64,000 nucleotides of DNA from Nitrospirales bacterium (GCA_963555755.3 OY820905.2:3040001-3104000), one strand, 5' to 3'; counted from the stretch's first letter, positions 31,054-41,194 are shown. Numbers and translations: made by a program. The notes: a model not told the origin generated them from the letters alone.

Positions 31054-31505
31054 GCCAACGCGACATGCAATTGAAGAAACCAAAAACTCGCACCGAAACG
31101 ATTCAGGTCAAGGTCCTAGGGTTAGCCTGCCTTGTGGTGTTGGGAGTGAGCGGCTGTGACACGGAACCTGACTTTAATCAGGCCAGGAGGCAGGAACAAC
31201 TTGGATTGGGTATTGTACTGGGAACGCGAGGGTATATAGAAGTCCAAAAAGAATTAGCCTTGCCAGAATTCTATGCTGAAGCTGCGGAAGGACAGGTGGT
31301 CGCAATCGAAGGGGCGGCCTATATCATTCAAGACATCACGGAACATGAACGACGAATTCCCTTTGATCAAAACACGACGATCGATCGCCCGGCTCATATA
31401 GGCGATTGGATCGAAGCGTATCTCGACGACCGTGGCAGGGCGGTACATATTCGGAATATCGATGAAAAATTTATGGCAAGAGAAAAGCCGCTGGAAGAGG
31501 AGTAA
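31050..31505 (+). CDS. Hypothetical lipoprotein
   Basis: ATGA overlap with the upstream gene; VSGC lipobox. Confidence 0.6.
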   Translation: MSQRDMQLKKPKTRTETIQVKVLGLACLVVLGVSGCDTEPDFNQARRQEQLGLGIVLGTRGYIEVQKELALPEFYAEAAEGQVVAIEGAAYIIQDITEHERRIPFDQNTTIDRPAHIGDWIEAYLDDRGRAVHIRNIDEKFMAREKPLEEE

Positions 31506-31511
31506 CCCCCA

Positions 31512-32513
31512 TCAATGGATGTGTAACACGCCAGCGCCGTTGATGTTACCGGCTTTTAACTCTTGAAGGGCAAGATTCGCTTCTTCCAATCGAAAGGTTT
31601 TGGTGTGAGTACGGATAGGAATTTGCGCGGCCACCTGGAGAAAATCGAGTCCATCTTGCCGAGTGTTCGCCGTCACGCTTTGTAACGTGCGTTCCTGAAA
31701 CAAATCCCGCGAATAATCCAACGCTGGAATGGCCGACATATGAATGCCGGCGAGCGCGACGGTGCCTCCCCGTTCCAAAGCCTGAAGCGCAGGAGGCACC
31801 AGGTGGCCTACCGGTGCAAAGATGATCGCGCTGTGCAACTTTTCAGGCGGCGAGTCTGTCGAGTGCCCCACCCACGCAGCTCCCAATTCCCGAGCGAGTG
31901 TTTGATGTTCATCTCGGTGGGAAAACACGTACACCGAACACCCCCAATGGCGGGCAATCTGAATCGTGATGTGCGCCGATGCGCCAAACCCATACAGCCC
32001 TAATCGTTGACCAGGTTGAATCTGGCTACGGCGCAACGTCCGATAGCCAATAATTCCCGCACACAGAAGCGGCGCGGCTTCTTCGTCCGTGAAGATAGCA
32101 GGAATGGGATAGGCAAAACGCTCAGACACTAGCGCATATTCCGCAAACCCGCCATGAACATGGTAGCCGGAAAATGTCGCCTTTCCGCAAAGATTCTCTC
32201 GACCGCTCTGACAAAACTCACAAGTTCCACATGTTTGTTGTAGCCAAGCAACGCCGACGCGATCGCCTTCTTTGACGGTCGTCACACCTTCCCCAATGTG
32301 ATCCACGACGCCGACAGTTTGATGCCCCGGAATAATCGGTCGAGTAGAAGCCGGCAACTCCCCTTCCACCACATGCAAATCCGTCCGGCAAATACCACAC
32401 ACGTGAACTTTGACACGAACCTGCCTGGGCCCGGGTTCGGGCACCTGCAATTCAAGGAGCTGCAACGGAGCCGTGCTGATGTCGGCATCATGGTCAAGAA
32501 GCATTGCTTTCAT
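31512..32513 (-). CDS. Zinc-dependent alcohol dehydrogenase family protein
   Basis: CRTD, PGHQ, CxxCxxC...C structural zinc site, GFGASA. Confidence 0.92.
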   Translation of the reverse strand: MKAMLLDHDADISTAPLQLLELQVPEPGPRQVRVKVHVCGICRTDLHVVEGELPASTRPIIPGHQTVGVVDHIGEGVTTVKEGDRVGVAWLQQTCGTCEFCQSGRENLCGKATFSGYHVHGGFAEYALVSERFAYPIPAIFTDEEAAPLLCAGIIGYRTLRRSQIQPGQRLGLYGFGASAHITIQIARHWGCSVYVFSHRDEHQTLARELGAAWVGHSTDSPPEKLHSAIIFAPVGHLVPPALQALERGGTVALAGIHMSAIPALDYSRDLFQERTLQSVTANTRQDGLDFLQVAAQIPIRTHTKTFRLEEANLALQELKAGNINGAGVLHIH

Positions 32514-32585
32514 GAGAGGGACCCTTCCTGCAGTATCAAAATTTTATCTCCCAAACCGAAGACGCATCGAATATAATACAGATTC

Positions 32586-32810
32586 ATGAAACTTCAAAAA
32601 CAATATACGGCTTTAAAAAAGATGTCCAAGGAAGAGGACAACTTTGTTGACGCTACACCGGCTGAACGAGTGTCCATGATAGGGGACCTGACCGCGGAAC
32701 TATGGAGCCTGAGCGATCCCCAAGGTGTTGAACGAAGATTACAAAGAAATGTTGCAAAGCTTATCCGTCCCAAAAAGGACCATGGCGGAAAGACAAACTT
32801 AATGGCATAG
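32586..32810 (+). CDS. Small hypothetical protein
   Basis: TPAERV...ELW...RLQR pattern recalls small partners of nucleotidyltransferases; no partner gene follows. Confidence 0.45.
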   Translation: MKLQKQYTALKKMSKEEDNFVDATPAERVSMIGDLTAELWSLSDPQGVERRLQRNVAKLIRPKKDHGGKTNLMA

Positions 32811-32826
32811 AGGCTATGTATTTATT

Positions 32827-32861
32827 CCCTCGCCCCTGAGGGGAGAGGGGAGGGTGAGGGG
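32827..32861. repeat. REP-like GC-rich hairpin (CCCTCGCCCC...GGGGAGAGGG...GGGTGAGGG)
   Basis: Palindrome read directly. Confidence 0.55.
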
Positions 32862-32883
32862 TTCTTTTCCATTCAAATTTCTA

Positions 32884-32913
32884 TTGACATCCCCTGAGAA
32901 AGAGGCCTAAAAT
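32884..32913 (+). promoter_or_regulatory. Sigma70-type promoter (TTGACA-18-TAAAAT)
   Basis: Near-consensus hexamers. Confidence 0.5.
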
Positions 32914-32919
32914 TTCCCC

Positions 32920-33338
32920 TAGGCGAACGTAGAAATACCACGCACCGGGAGGAGCACACGGAAAGGCTCTCCGGTATAACCAAGAGGGGTCAGACATGGA
33001 AGACCTCAGCCCACCGAAAAACTAAGGCCCGCAGCCAACCATCGGTTGATATCGCAAAGCGGGCTTTCAGCGTTGCCGTCCAGGCACCTTCCGAAATAAC
33101 GACTGTGCTCGTCAGCACAATGGTTCAATGGACCAACAAACGTATCGGAAAGGCACCTGAATCTAAAAAGGAAAGGACGGAAAGGGCTTGAACAACAGTC
33201 CACCTTTCGGCAACCAAGCCAAATATAAAACGCAATTCGGCCAGCGGGTCAAAACGACAATTTTAGAAGTACACGCGCCCCAAGCGCGAACCCCCCACGG
33301 GCCCCCTTTCAAAAAGAAAGCGGGCCCGTGGTCGTTTT
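32920..33338 (+). ncRNA. Candidate structured ncRNA of unknown family
   Basis: Promoter upstream, many hairpins, strong 3' hairpin CCACGGGCCC...GGGCCCGTGG followed by TCGTTTT, no long sense ORF. Confidence 0.4.
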
Positions 33339-33753
33339 AGAGAAAAAACTTTTCCTAAGAAAATCCGCCCGCCTTTTCAATACTATTTTCACTGCCAAAT
33401 CTACTCCAACCTCTGTGGCTAACCTCGATTTTTCAACGGTTTTAGCTTAAGCTTTTAAGGGGGTCAAAAAGAAATGTTTAAAAAGGAATAGATTTTTCTC
33501 CTGTGGCTATTCCTTGGGAGCAGCTTGATTATGCTTCTGACGCTCTTCTTTTTTTATTTCGACTTTTTTTAGAAATGTAGGTTGGGCAATATCTACCTCC
33601 AATCTCCCTGGTGATCCAAGGAGACATGAATAGGGAGTACCTCTGTTGATGATGTGCTTACAAACTTTCGTCATGGAGGCGGGGCTGATTTGGGGCCAGA
33701 TCTTTTGTTGAAAGGTTTGTGGAAATAAGAATATCAAAAGTTTATCTTACCCC

Positions 33754-34070
33754 GCGTTGGGCGCAGCGGAGCCACAGTCCCGAATCGACTTTTTTGGCGA
33801 AGGCTGTTTGAGCGGAGCGAGTTCCTGAGCCATGTGATTCGGGGCGGAGGCGGAGGCACCCGGAGGAGAAGAGACAAGAATCTCCGCCAGCAGCGTTCTC
33901 GTTGCTTGTAACCCTCAACGTACTAAATGTACGCCTCGGATTACTCGCTGCCTGCGGCCTTGCTGGCGAAGATTCTTGACTCTTCTCTGGAGGGCTGCGC
34001 ACAGGCAAAAATGGTTTTGGACACTTTTGCCGAAACAAAAGTGTCTCGTCGCGCGGGGACGAAACCCCGC
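33754..34070 (+). repeat. Repeat family B (no TIRs) with a nested core-bearing MITE
   Basis: Shares GCTGTTTGAGCGGAGCGAGTTC and TTTTGCCGAAACAAAAG...GAAACCCCGC with 45029-45269 and 46630-46822. Confidence 0.78.
33865..33988. mobile_element. MITE with TIR RGAGAAGAGWCAAGAATCT and GGA duplication, carrying the shared core
   Basis: Absent from the other family B copies; GGA at 33862-33864 and 33989-33991. Confidence 0.75.
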
Positions 34071-34083
34071 AAAGATAAAAATT

Positions 34084-34881
34084 ATGCCAAGCCACTTCAC
34101 CAGCATAGGATTTCCCGCTGAGTCGGTAGAAGAAATTGAAGCGTTAGCGTTGAAAGTTATTGCCGATACAAGGACTTTCAATTGTCCCAAGGGACGTTAT
34201 CTTCGTTGGGCCAGTGGAGAAGGTGCGGAATTGTGGCTTCAGATGGATGAGGCCTATAACCTGATTGGGGTCACACCGTTTTTTCAGAAAAAATCCGTGA
34301 TGAATGTGAGCATAACACGTGTGTTTCATCGTGAAGACGACACCGTTCTTGAGGGCGGGATTCGGGGATGGGTGAATCCCAAACATCACAATCCACAGAT
34401 AGGCGCGTTCGAGTTTGTGTGTGATGTGGTGGATATCGGACGTTATCCAAACTTGGACGTGCCGTTGATCAGTCCCATACGTCTGTCTGCGTTTGCCTAC
34501 AATTTGGATGTCTTCTCCTCACTAGAAGCGTTTCATGCTTCGGAGACCGGCCAGGGAAAACCCAATCCGGAATCGTTCGTCCAGTCGGGATTGACGAAAA
34601 TGGGTGAAAGAACCTCTCTTCTGCCGGAATCGTACGCGGATATTTCCGGGCGTGTGGTCGAGACGGCGATACTTCGAAATTCTCACGCGAACCAGGAGTA
34701 TTATTGGGTCCTCGTTCGGACGGATGGCGGGATAATCGATGTGGTGTGTGACCCCACCCTTGTTGCCGAACCCATCACGTCGGGCGACATCGTTTCAGGA
34801 TATTTTTGGTTGTGCGGGGAAATCCTGAAACCCCAAGTCCAACAGAAAAAGAGTCTGAAGGAGCTGTTCTTTGGACGATAG
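34084..34881 (+). CDS. Hypothetical protein
   Basis: Long ORF; ATG 34084 chosen because the upstream extension lies in the repeat. Confidence 0.7.
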   Translation: MPSHFTSIGFPAESVEEIEALALKVIADTRTFNCPKGRYLRWASGEGAELWLQMDEAYNLIGVTPFFQKKSVMNVSITRVFHREDDTVLEGGIRGWVNPKHHNPQIGAFEFVCDVVDIGRYPNLDVPLISPIRLSAFAYNLDVFSSLEAFHASETGQGKPNPESFVQSGLTKMGERTSLLPESYADISGRVVETAILRNSHANQEYYWVLVRTDGGIIDVVCDPTLVAEPITSGDIVSGYFWLCGEILKPQVQQKKSLKELFFGR

Positions 34882-34893
34882 CATCACAAGCTC

Positions 34894-35079
34894 GTGGTTC
34901 CTGAAAAAGTCTTTTGTCAGAAGATTGGCATGTGGAGGTGAAGCGAGCCGGCTCCTCGCTCCATCCTCGGAAAGAGAAAACGCAGCAAAAAAAACTCTCA
35001 GGTGCCTGAGAATGGCCCGTAAGTTTTGGCCTACGCCACAGAGGAGGGCATTGAGCTTATCGCCTGCCGCACCCTTTGG
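34894..35079 (-). pseudogene. IS5-family transposase 3' remnant with IS end
   Basis: KGAAGDKLNALLCGVGQNLRAIL matches the IS5-type C-terminal motif; GTGGTTCCTGAAAAA end. Confidence 0.6.
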
Positions 35080-35102
35080 AATGGGGTCAGGTATTAACTT
35101 AA

Positions 35103-35243
35103 GGACACCTCTACAAACCAGGCATTTTTTGTGAGGGCAAGGAAGCCGCGCGCGGAAAACCGGAGTGTATGGGCGAATCCATGAGGATGTGAGCACGCGG
35201 CTGACGCCGCCATCACAGAAAAGGACGGTTTTTAGAGGTGCCC
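35103..35243. mobile_element. MITE family C (TIR GGGCACCTCTAAAAACC), flanked by TTAA
   Basis: Near-identical inverted copy at 41054-41194. Confidence 0.85.
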
Positions 35244-35307
35244 TTAACCCCTTTTCCTAACGCTGGTGGGCAATAGGAAGGGCTGACTAGGTTCCCGGCC
35301 TTTGCAC

Positions 35308-36195
35308 TTAATTCTTCCAAGTGAAGCCGGAGGCGCTGGCTAATTCACGGGGTTTCTGGAGGCCGGTGAGGCGCTGGTCATCGATGATCCACGTTGGGTA
35401 GCTCTTGATGTTATTGGAGGCACAGGGGGCGGTGAGGGGGCTGCCGCGCCCTCCTGAGCTGCATTCGACATAGGGCAGCCGCTTCGCTGATGACTTAAAA
35501 AGCTCTTTCTGTTCCTGGCAGCGGGGACACCAGTACGCGCCATAGAATTTGGCCCCGGTGTCTGCCATGTGGATGGCCAGCGCTCGAAGCTGGGGGTCCT
35601 CAGGTCCGGCTGACGCATCAAACACTCCGCTATAGTGCATGTGCAGCGCGCCTATGATCAGCACGGCTACTATCGTTGCTTCCTTTACCGACGTCATCCA
35701 ATTGAGAGGTTGCTTGACAAGGGTGAGGATCATGATGGTGGTCATGATGGCGAACGACGCGAGGCAGTAAGGACAGGTCGCCTCGATTTCAATCATGGAA
35801 ATAATGGTCAGATAGGCACTGATAGCGAAGCCGCAGAACGCGACGAAAATCAATGGTGTCCAGCTGCCAGGCTTCCTTCGTGCACGCCAAACCAGTCCTG
35901 CAATCACGACATAGGTGAGACAACCCCAGAGAGCCATAGGAAAACCAAGGAAAGTCGCCCAGCGACTGCTTTGCACGAGGTCGCAACCGGAGCCCTCGCT
36001 GCAGAAGGCCGGGTGCGTCTCGAACGAGGCTGCGTAGGTGAGGTACGTCGTCAACAGGATTCCAGCCACTGCAAGCGCGAGTACCGCGATATGAATTGGT
36101 GACATTCCCTTCGGCTCACGGGTTGGTGTGGTACCCGACGTGCTTTGAGTTCCGTCCGTACTCGCCGCTTTTTCACGTTTAGAGCGTTTTCCCAT
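35308..36195 (-). CDS. VKOR-thioredoxin fusion (disulfide bond formation)
   Basis: CSEGSGCD.VQSS, CPYC, YWCPRC, YVEC...C...YPTW. Confidence 0.9.
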   Translation of the reverse strand: MGKRSKREKAASTDGTQSTSGTTPTREPKGMSPIHIAVLALAVAGILLTTYLTYAASFETHPAFCSEGSGCDLVQSSRWATFLGFPMALWGCLTYVVIAGLVWRARRKPGSWTPLIFVAFCGFAISAYLTIISMIEIEATCPYCLASFAIMTTIMILTLVKQPLNWMTSVKEATIVAVLIIGALHMHYSGVFDASAGPEDPQLRALAIHMADTGAKFYGAYWCPRCQEQKELFKSSAKRLPYVECSSGGRGSPLTAPCASNNIKSYPTWIIDDQRLTGLQKPRELASASGFTWKN

Positions 36196-36246
36196 TGTCG
36201 ATCCCCTATTGAGTCACAATTTTTGTAAGCCGTCTTGCGCTGGGAA

Positions 36247-36771
36247 TTATTTGTGTGCCGGTACCGTTTGGAATTGTTTCAAATGTTCCGAAAGCATTTC
36301 AGCAACTTTTCCAAGATCAAAGGGCCATGCATAGGTCAACGTTACATCAGGATGTTTCTGGCGAAGCTCCGCCATTTCCTGTGGGATTTCAAATTCTGAA
36401 TGAGATCCACCTGGGGTGAACATGGTGGACACCACGGTAATATCTATCGCGCCATCCGCGATGTGTTGTTCAATCGCTTCACTGAGGGTCGGGGTACAGA
36501 ACTCGTTATAGGCGGTTGAGAAATGTGTGCTATCTAACAAAGATTTTAAGTGGGTGGCTAATGAATCAAGTCCAGCTTGATACGGTTCGGTTTCGGGCGT
36601 TCGCGGCCAGTGCCGGATTTTCTGGTCAAGCTCATGTTCCTCTTTGGACATCGGTACCCCGGCAGCTTTTCGTTGTGACTCCAAACGTTTGAGTTTGGTC
36701 ACAAGATCCCCAGGGTAATCTTTGGGTATACCACCATGGCCGATTAAAATGACTGCGCGTGTTGTTCCCAT
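36247..36771 (-). CDS. CbiX/SirB-like small chelatase
   Basis: LIGHG, AYNEFCTPTL, GGSHSEFEIP. Confidence 0.8.
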   Translation of the reverse strand: MGTTRAVILIGHGGIPKDYPGDLVTKLKRLESQRKAAGVPMSKEEHELDQKIRHWPRTPETEPYQAGLDSLATHLKSLLDSTHFSTAYNEFCTPTLSEAIEQHIADGAIDITVVSTMFTPGGSHSEFEIPQEMAELRQKHPDVTLTYAWPFDLGKVAEMLSEHLKQFQTVPAHK

Positions 36772-36918
36772 TGTTCCCACTCCTATCTCTAAGCCCAAAG
36801 TTTCCCCTCACACGCATGATGTACCTGAAAGTGTTTCTCCTGCTCAAACATGGACTGTTGAATATTTCCCGTCAATAGCCAATAAAGGTTTCAGCTGAGC
36901 TACGCATCGCCAATGGGA

Positions 36919-37083
36919 GGGAATGTTCAAAACGTCCGTTGTCTGACCCGCCCAACCCAAGCGCGCCAAGACGCGCCCTTCCACGGGCAAGGCCGCAGCC
37001 CTTTTGACGCGCGGAGCGTACTCATAGTACGTGAGCACGGCAAAAGGGCGAGAACGCCGCTGGCGACTTTTTTCAACATTCCC
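36919..37083. mobile_element. MITE family A overlapping the 3' end of the YbgA-like gene
   Basis: GGGAATGTTCAAAA...TTTTCAACATTCCC; shared core. Confidence 0.8.
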
Positions 37084-38065
37084 AAACATGATTGCGCAGC
37101 AACAATTCTTTGGGGTGAGGATTCAGATAGGTTTGATCCTGTAAATATGGAATGTCAAAGATCTTAACATAGTGCCGAATCAACGTGATGGGGACACTCA
37201 GTGGCACAAGGCCCTGGTGATAATCGTGAATCACTTCATGTAATTCGACGCGGGCAATTTCATTCAATTGCCTCTTAAGAAGACCAGCCAAATGTTGGAG
37301 CACGTTCCTGTGCTTCCGAACTGTGGTTTTGACGGCTAAGGCTTTCATAAATAATTGACCGTACAATGTAGCCAATCTCCGAGGGGTACATGGTTGAGCG
37401 TTGGCCAATAATTGACCAAGTTTATGGAAATGGTGTCGGCTGTGGGCCAATAAGAGATATTTTTGGGAAGTATGAAATGAAACGAGTGCCTGTTTGGAGA
37501 GCCGTCCGTTCATGGTATGGGACTGCCACCGATGATAGCCAAATACTCGCTCGATAAAATTTTCCCGAAGGCGTTCGTCCTGAAGGCGGTCTTCTTCCTC
37601 AATAGGAACCAACGGGAACATATGTTGAAACGCGTTAGCGAAGATTCCCTTCCCGTTCCCTATACCCTGTCCTTCGCGGGCATACACTTGTACTCGCTGT
37701 GCCCCGCAGCTAGGAGAATTTTTTTTAAACACATATCCGGAAAGGTTCAAAGATTGTAAATCTTGTAACCGTGTTTTGGCATAACGACGCATGACATTGG
37801 TGTTATCGTTGCCAGAACGAATCGTGATCAAACGTGGTTCAGCCAGATCATCGACTAAGCGCATCGACTCTCTTGGTGTGCCGAATCCCGCTTCGACTTC
37901 GGGGCAAACCGGAACCCACTCCACGTGCTTCCCGAGAATATCCACGAGAAATTGGTCACGTTTATGGCCCCCATCGTATCGAACGGGTTCACCCAGTAGG
38001 CATCGACTAATGCCGAGACGAAGAGGTTGTGATTCTCTTAAAATATGTGGGGAGTGTCTGGTCAT
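37073..38065 (-). CDS. DUF523-DUF1722 (2-thiouracil desulfurase/YbgA) protein
   Basis: SRCLLG.PVRYDG, CPEV, KxSPSCG, YLNPHPKEL. Confidence 0.88.
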   Translation of the reverse strand: MTRHSPHILRESQPLRLGISRCLLGEPVRYDGGHKRDQFLVDILGKHVEWVPVCPEVEAGFGTPRESMRLVDDLAEPRLITIRSGNDNTNVMRRYAKTRLQDLQSLNLSGYVFKKNSPSCGAQRVQVYAREGQGIGNGKGIFANAFQHMFPLVPIEEEDRLQDERLRENFIERVFGYHRWQSHTMNGRLSKQALVSFHTSQKYLLLAHSRHHFHKLGQLLANAQPCTPRRLATLYGQLFMKALAVKTTVRKHRNVLQHLAGLLKRQLNEIARVELHEVIHDYHQGLVPLSVPITLIRHYVKIFDIPYLQDQTYLNPHPKELLLRNHVWEC

Positions 38066-38088
38066 TGGTACAACAAAAATGTGAGTCC

Positions 38089-38568
38089 TTAGATTTGTTT
38101 TTCTTCGGCGAGCATTTGTTCGCTCACACGGATAATCCTTACCGCTCTGACATCAGAAAAGGTTTTGACCTGCAGGGTGACGGATTTTCCGATCTCACCG
38201 CGAATCATGGCCACTACCTCCCGGTACGTTTTCCCCTTGATGGACTGGCCATCAACCGCCAGAATTTCCTGCCCATGCATGAGCCCCGCCTTGACTGCCG
38301 GCCCCATGGGATGGGTGGCCCGGATAAATAGGCCGGCAGGATCACCAACGCGTTTGGCAGTGAGATGGAGCGCGACACCAATGATACCTGGCGGGGGTCT
38401 CATGGGGTCTGACCTATCCCCGTGGGGATTTCCCTGATTTGGGTAACCACCCTGGGCATGACTCATTACCGGTGCTAACAGGAGCATCCCGAGGAGGGCT
38501 CCTGCTAGTATCCAATTCTCGAAGGTTAGAAGGTTCTGAGTGGTTGGTGACGTCCCCGGTGTTTTCAT
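38089..38568 (-). CDS. Exported PDZ-domain protein
   Basis: Signal peptide; GIIGV...GPAVKAGL...ILAVDG. Confidence 0.8.
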   Translation of the reverse strand: MKTPGTSPTTQNLLTFENWILAGALLGMLLLAPVMSHAQGGYPNQGNPHGDRSDPMRPPPGIIGVALHLTAKRVGDPAGLFIRATHPMGPAVKAGLMHGQEILAVDGQSIKGKTYREVVAMIRGEIGKSVTLQVKTFSDVRAVRIIRVSEQMLAEEKQI

Positions 38569-38591
38569 CCTTTTCTCCTAACAATTGGTAA

Positions 38592-40040
38592 CTACTCAGG
38601 TGTGATGATCTTTGTAGTGAATTGTGCAGGCATAAAGGGGTGGCCGATCATGGCTTGTGAAATGGCTTGCAGCATGTTGCCGCCCTGCTTTCTCGCGGTA
38701 GAAAGGTAGCTTCGTATGCGGGCGAACTGCCTCGCGCCTTGAAGCGTTCGAAAACACCCGGATATTTTGAGGCGGAGCTTGATCATGCGGATATCCTGTT
38801 CTGCCAGATTATTAGTGAAGGGAACCTGTCTGTCATGGAGGAACGCGAGCACGGAGGCTTCATGCTCGCCAAGACGGGTGAGGAGATTTTGGGCCTTGGT
38901 CTTTTTGGGCCGGCCTCGTGACTTTTTCTGTGGCGGTGCCGGAAGGGGGTTGGCCTGCCATCCGAGGGTGAGAAGATCCCTGTATTGTTTCAGCCAGGGG
39001 GTTTTCTGTTCTTCCGTTAACTGTGCGAGTTGCTTGCTGACAAACACGTTCATCGTCAGCAACAGGTCAAACATGTGTTTGGCCCATGGTTGTTCGTGCT
39101 GCTCGAACAGGCACGTGAGTTCCCGCAAATGATGGGCGTTACAGAGGCCGTGGGCACAGTCATAGGAGAGATAGGGTTTCCAGAAATCGTGGATCAGGCG
39201 GCCAGCAAAATCCGGGAGGATCTGGAACTGCTCGATCGCCTCTCTTCCCCGTTTGGCGTGCACACCGTAAAAGGTCAACGTGGCCGTGCTGGCACTGTGG
39301 AGCCAGTGGAGCGTCCCGGCCGTGCGGACGCCGCTTTCATCGGCATGGAGGATGGGACTCTTGCCGAGCGCTTCTTTGACCGCAGTCTCGAACGGCGCGA
39401 GGTGCTCATAACTTCGGCGGGAGGCCTCGTCAATGGTGGCGTCGCTGACCGAGGCGCCATACAGATCAGCCATCATCTGGCTGACACGGCGTAAGGGGAT
39501 CAACTGTTGGTTCTGGAGGTAGACCAGGAGGCTGCGAAATCTGGGACCGTACTGTGCCGGCGCAGGCAGGTCATCAGGAAATGACGCCGTGACCGAGCGG
39601 CCGCATTGGGGGCAGGTTTTGATTGCTCCCCGATATTCGGTGACGTCGAGTTTTGGCTCCGGCAGTTCAAAGAGCTGCCGGCGTTCATAGCCGGTGACCG
39701 TCTCGTTGGTGAGGTCGGCATGGCAGGAACAGGAGTGAACAGGCAGGTGGACCAGGTGGTCTGGGGTTTCCACCTGTTTTAACGTCTGGCCGGCATGTCC
39801 CTGTTGGCCGCCCGGCTTTTTCCCGGAAGGTATGCGCAGGCTCTTGGTTCGGGGCTTGGCCGGTCCATCGGACGAGGGCGGTTTGCTGCTGTTGCGACTG
39901 TGTTGGTCGAGCCGCTGTGCCAGTTCGGTGACATGCGTGGTCAGCGCCTGCCCCTGTTCCTGCAGCGCCAGGATCAGTTCGACGAGCGCCTCGGGGTTGC
40001 TCTTGGCCAGGATGAGGAGTGCGTCGCGGGTGAAGGTCAT
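38592..40040 (-). CDS. IS66 family transposase
   Basis: NSSKPPSSD, GGQQGH, HADES, CNAHHLRE, TNNLAEQDIR. Confidence 0.95.
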   Translation of the reverse strand: MTFTRDALLILAKSNPEALVELILALQEQGQALTTHVTELAQRLDQHSRNSSKPPSSDGPAKPRTKSLRIPSGKKPGGQQGHAGQTLKQVETPDHLVHLPVHSCSCHADLTNETVTGYERRQLFELPEPKLDVTEYRGAIKTCPQCGRSVTASFPDDLPAPAQYGPRFRSLLVYLQNQQLIPLRRVSQMMADLYGASVSDATIDEASRRSYEHLAPFETAVKEALGKSPILHADESGVRTAGTLHWLHSASTATLTFYGVHAKRGREAIEQFQILPDFAGRLIHDFWKPYLSYDCAHGLCNAHHLRELTCLFEQHEQPWAKHMFDLLLTMNVFVSKQLAQLTEEQKTPWLKQYRDLLTLGWQANPLPAPPQKKSRGRPKKTKAQNLLTRLGEHEASVLAFLHDRQVPFTNNLAEQDIRMIKLRLKISGCFRTLQGARQFARIRSYLSTARKQGGNMLQAISQAMIGHPFMPAQFTTKIITPE

Positions 40041-40924
40041 GGCTTGCTCCGGCAGAGGGCCTGTCGGAAGTGGCGGATGAGGGGATAGAGATAAATTGCC
40101 TTCACCGGCACGCGCAGAGCCTTGTCACGGTCCTGCCGGGACCGGCCTTTGGTCTGCCCGACATAGAGCCAGTTCGCGGCCTGATAGCAGATACCTTTGA
40201 AGCGGTCTCGCTCCACAAAGGTCTCCACCAAGTGGACGGGATGGCCGTATTTCTCGATCCAGTCCTGCCGGAGACGTCTCATGACCCGGCCCAGGAGATG
40301 GCTGGCCAGATGCGGCACACGCACCCAGGGCAGGATGAGAAAGCGGGTATTGTTGGTCATGAAGTTGAGGTTGGCGGCTCGGGTGTCCGGCTCCCAGCCG
40401 ATAAAGGTGTCGCGCGGGGTGGTTTTCCAGGCGGCGGAACCGAAGAGGAGGCAGGCCAGATCCTGCCCGGAGCGATCCCGCACCAGGTACTTGAGATGTT
40501 CACCGACCGTTCGGGTGAACCCGAGGTAGTGATGGTGGCTCAGGTAATATCCCACACAACTGGCTTCGTAGGAATGTGAGGTTGGAATATGAATGGACAG
40601 GGGCGTCAGGGTCTTGAGAGCTGCGTCGATGTGCGGGGCTTCGGGAGGCATAAACCCCTTTCGGAAAGGGGGGAAGATGTTGCGTCGAGAGGCGACACGA
40701 ATCGGGGGCAGCTTCAGGAGCCCGCGATGTTCGAGTTTGTCGATCATGCTGCGGGCGGCAAAGGTTTTCAGTTGTCCGGACGGGGTCTGCCAGCCCCAGT
40801 GCCGACAAATATGCTGGGTTATTTTATGGCGGCTCCAGTCAGGGTGCCGGCAAACCAGATGGCGTAACCAGCACAGATCAGATTGGGGGAGGCGACGACC
40901 TTGACATGTAATCGCTTCATTCAT
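40037..40924 (-). CDS. DUF4338 (DruA-related) domain protein
   Basis: HHYLG, RDTFIGW, NNTRFLILPW, LVETFV, G.CY.AANW...G.TKGR. Confidence 0.88.
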   Translation of the reverse strand: MNEAITCQGRRLPQSDLCWLRHLVCRHPDWSRHKITQHICRHWGWQTPSGQLKTFAARSMIDKLEHRGLLKLPPIRVASRRNIFPPFRKGFMPPEAPHIDAALKTLTPLSIHIPTSHSYEASCVGYYLSHHHYLGFTRTVGEHLKYLVRDRSGQDLACLLFGSAAWKTTPRDTFIGWEPDTRAANLNFMTNNTRFLILPWVRVPHLASHLLGRVMRRLRQDWIEKYGHPVHLVETFVERDRFKGICYQAANWLYVGQTKGRSRQDRDKALRVPVKAIYLYPLIRHFRQALCRSKP

Positions 40925-41053
40925 GGCCCCGATTATGCCATGGGTGGAGCCGTTAGTCCAGAAAAAAATCAGGCTATAGAAAATTGACCTGAGTAGTTAC
41001 AACAATTGAAGGTGTTGGGACATGAAGGCTCAATGGAAAATTTTTTGAATTAT

Positions 41054-41194
41054 GGGTACCTCTAAAAACCGTCCTTTTCCGTGATGGCGGCATCAGGCGC
41101 GTGCTCACATCCTCATGTATTCGCCCATACACTCCGGTTTTCCGCGCACAGCTTCCTTGCCCTCTCAAAAAATGCCGGGTTTTTAGAGGTGCCC
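41054..41194. mobile_element. MITE family C, flanked by TTAT
   Basis: TTAT at 41050-41053 and 41195-41198. Confidence 0.85.

Larger units (their letters stand above)
38588..41000. mobile_element. IS66-family element (2413 bp) carrying a DUF4338 gene; TIR GTAACTACTCAGGT, 8-bp TSD AACAATTG
   Basis: TSD at 38580-38587 and 41001-41008; GTAA...TTAC ends. Confidence 0.93.

Noticed and set aside
33507..33737. 76-aa minus-strand ORF
   Set aside because: No RBS or motif; at most a fragment next to a repeat
40037..40924. Complete Druantia system
   Set aside because: No DruE helicase or other dru genes; DUF4338 lies inside IS ends
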